Source: Alphaproteobacteria bacterium
GTDB lineage: Bacteria; Pseudomonadota; Alphaproteobacteria; UBA8317
Length of the DNA: 64,000 nt
Direction: 5' to 3'
Assembly: GCA_038131935.1 (NCBI GenBank)
Contig: JAYPQH010000022.1
Location: 61,478-125,477 of the forward strand
Notes under the pieces: generated by a model
Seen by the model: the letters and a program-made list of their open reading frames with translations, nothing else
The model's database searches: none
What the model was told of the DNA's origin: nothing
Made by a program: the position numbers and the translations under genes
In this document: positions 63,050-64,000 of the stretch, in pieces
Layout of the letters: each line of letters starts with the position of its first letter
Numbering within the stretch: the stretch's first letter is position 1

Positions 63050-64000
63050 AAGAAAGTTCCTTCATTTTATGCTTAATATTTTTTTTCAATAGCTGTTGTA
63101 CTTCTTTGGAGGTAGCGATTTGTCCCGTTTCCATGAGTTGCTCATGGTTACTCACGATGTCATCGAGCTCATAGAGGTAGTTCACCATGAAACCGAAGCT
63201 TTCCTTCTGCCCTCGGCGGCTCAAATCAGCGTCTGCATTAATCCGCTCAAGGGTCGCGCCGTTACCTAGGTGGAATCGAGCAACGGGATCTTTGAGTTTC
63301 GCCCCCTGTCCAGACGTCAAATACTTGGCGACGAGTGGCTTCAACTCATCATGATGAGTAGATGCCTCAAATAGAGGCAGGAACTCCTGCCCTTCGGTAT
63401 CAAGCCAGCGGCGTAATCCGGGAATTGGCGACAGTGTGACGAAACGCTTTAGTTTTGGGTGCTCTGCCTGCAGGACAGAGACGACCTGCTTAATCAGCAG
63501 GTTCCCAAAGCTCACCCCAGCAAGCCCCGGCTGACAGTTATTGATCGAGTAAAACACAGCCGTATCAGCTGACACAGGAGGCGCCGGAGGTGTATCAAGC
63601 AACGGACCTATCGCGTCGGCCATCCCTTGGACCAAAGCAACCTCAACAAAGATTAATGGCTCATCGGGGATCACCGGATGGAAGTACGCAAAGCACAAAC
63701 GATCCTCAGCCAGTCGGCGTCTGAGGTCATCCCAGCCCTGAATCTCATGAACAGACTCGTACTGGATCAGCTTTTCTAAAACCGCCGCAGGAGTCTGCCA
63801 GTTAATACGCTCGAGCCTCAAAAACCCTTTGTTGAACCATGACGTGAACAAATGAACCAGATCTTGATCAATCGGCTTCAGCTCAGGGTGATCGCGAAGT
63901 AACTTCCGTAACGCCTCACGCATTAATATTAATGTCTGTAGCCCATCAGGGGCCGCATTCATGCGCCTAAACAGCTCCTGCCGTTTTGCCTCAGCGGCCT
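63039..64000 (-). CDS. Malonyl-CoA decarboxylase (MatA/MCD), 5' end beyond window
   Basis: RQELFRRMN.AP.G, SWFNKGFL, YESVHEI.GWDDLRRRL, EPLIFVEVAL, FYSINNCQ.GL.GVSFGN.LIK, TLSPIPG, DPVARFHLGNGA, MVNYLY. Confidence 0.95.
   Translation of the reverse strand, partial: AAEAKRQELFRRMNAAPDGLQTLILMREALRKLLRDHPELKPIDQDLVHLFTSWFNKGFLRLERINWQTPAAVLEKLIQYESVHEIQGWDDLRRRLAEDRLCFAYFHPVIPDEPLIFVEVALVQGMADAIGPLLDTPPAPPVSADTAVFYSINNCQPGLAGVSFGNLLIKQVVSVLQAEHPKLKRFVTLSPIPGLRRWLDTEGQEFLPLFEASTHHDELKPLVAKYLTSGQGAKLKDPVARFHLGNGATLERINADADLSRRGQKESFGFMVNYLYELDDIVSNHEQLMETGQIATSKEVQQLLKKNIKHKMKELSYDA

Noticed and set aside
1-64000. rRNA, tRNA, CRISPR arrays, IS/integrase/phage or defence genes
   Set aside because: None seen; intergenic gaps are short and lack cloverleaf or repeat-spacer structure

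Overview
This is the core chromosome of a fairly AT-rich alphaproteobacterium (GC in the low 40s by eye), spanning the replication origin. In order it contains: a ~20 kb minus-strand housekeeping run (mutS-glnD-murJ-trpS-usp-nfuA-tsaB-rimI-mucR-olsA-miaB-phoH-ybeY-corC-lnt-trmB-rimP-nusA-ylxR-infB); maeB; olsB; rsmI-BON-SirB1-like-gshB; an LpoA-like lipoprotein; rph-rdgB-hemW; hrcA-grpE-dnaK-dnaJ-dapB; ogt, DUF2244, nth; cysZ-like, pfkB; hisBHAFE-HIT; hslVU; tim44-lutABC-smr; secB; PDRP-maf-aroE-coaE-dnaQ; oriC (~55.35-55.67 kb, DnaA boxes plus a CAA repeat); hemE-hemJ-rho; qor; and DUF6489-ferredoxin-mnmE-mnmG with parS sites. Twelve conserved genes carry 1-2 nt indels, almost all in homopolymers, which most likely reflects long-read consensus error rather than biology. 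At ~62.7 kb mnmG breaks off into a noisy junction with a compositionally different, oppositely oriented malonate (matA-matB) fragment, probably an assembly or read chimera. I found no rRNA, tRNA, CRISPR or mobile element. The most novel-looking signal is a 57-aa ORF missed by the ORF track (39409-39582) that resembles a stand-alone GcrA C-terminal sigma70-interacting domain with no DNA-binding domain. Also notable are lutABC sitting where mltA normally lies and a parS site apparently hidden in hemJ. All calls come from motif recognition and synteny recalled from memory; no searches were run.
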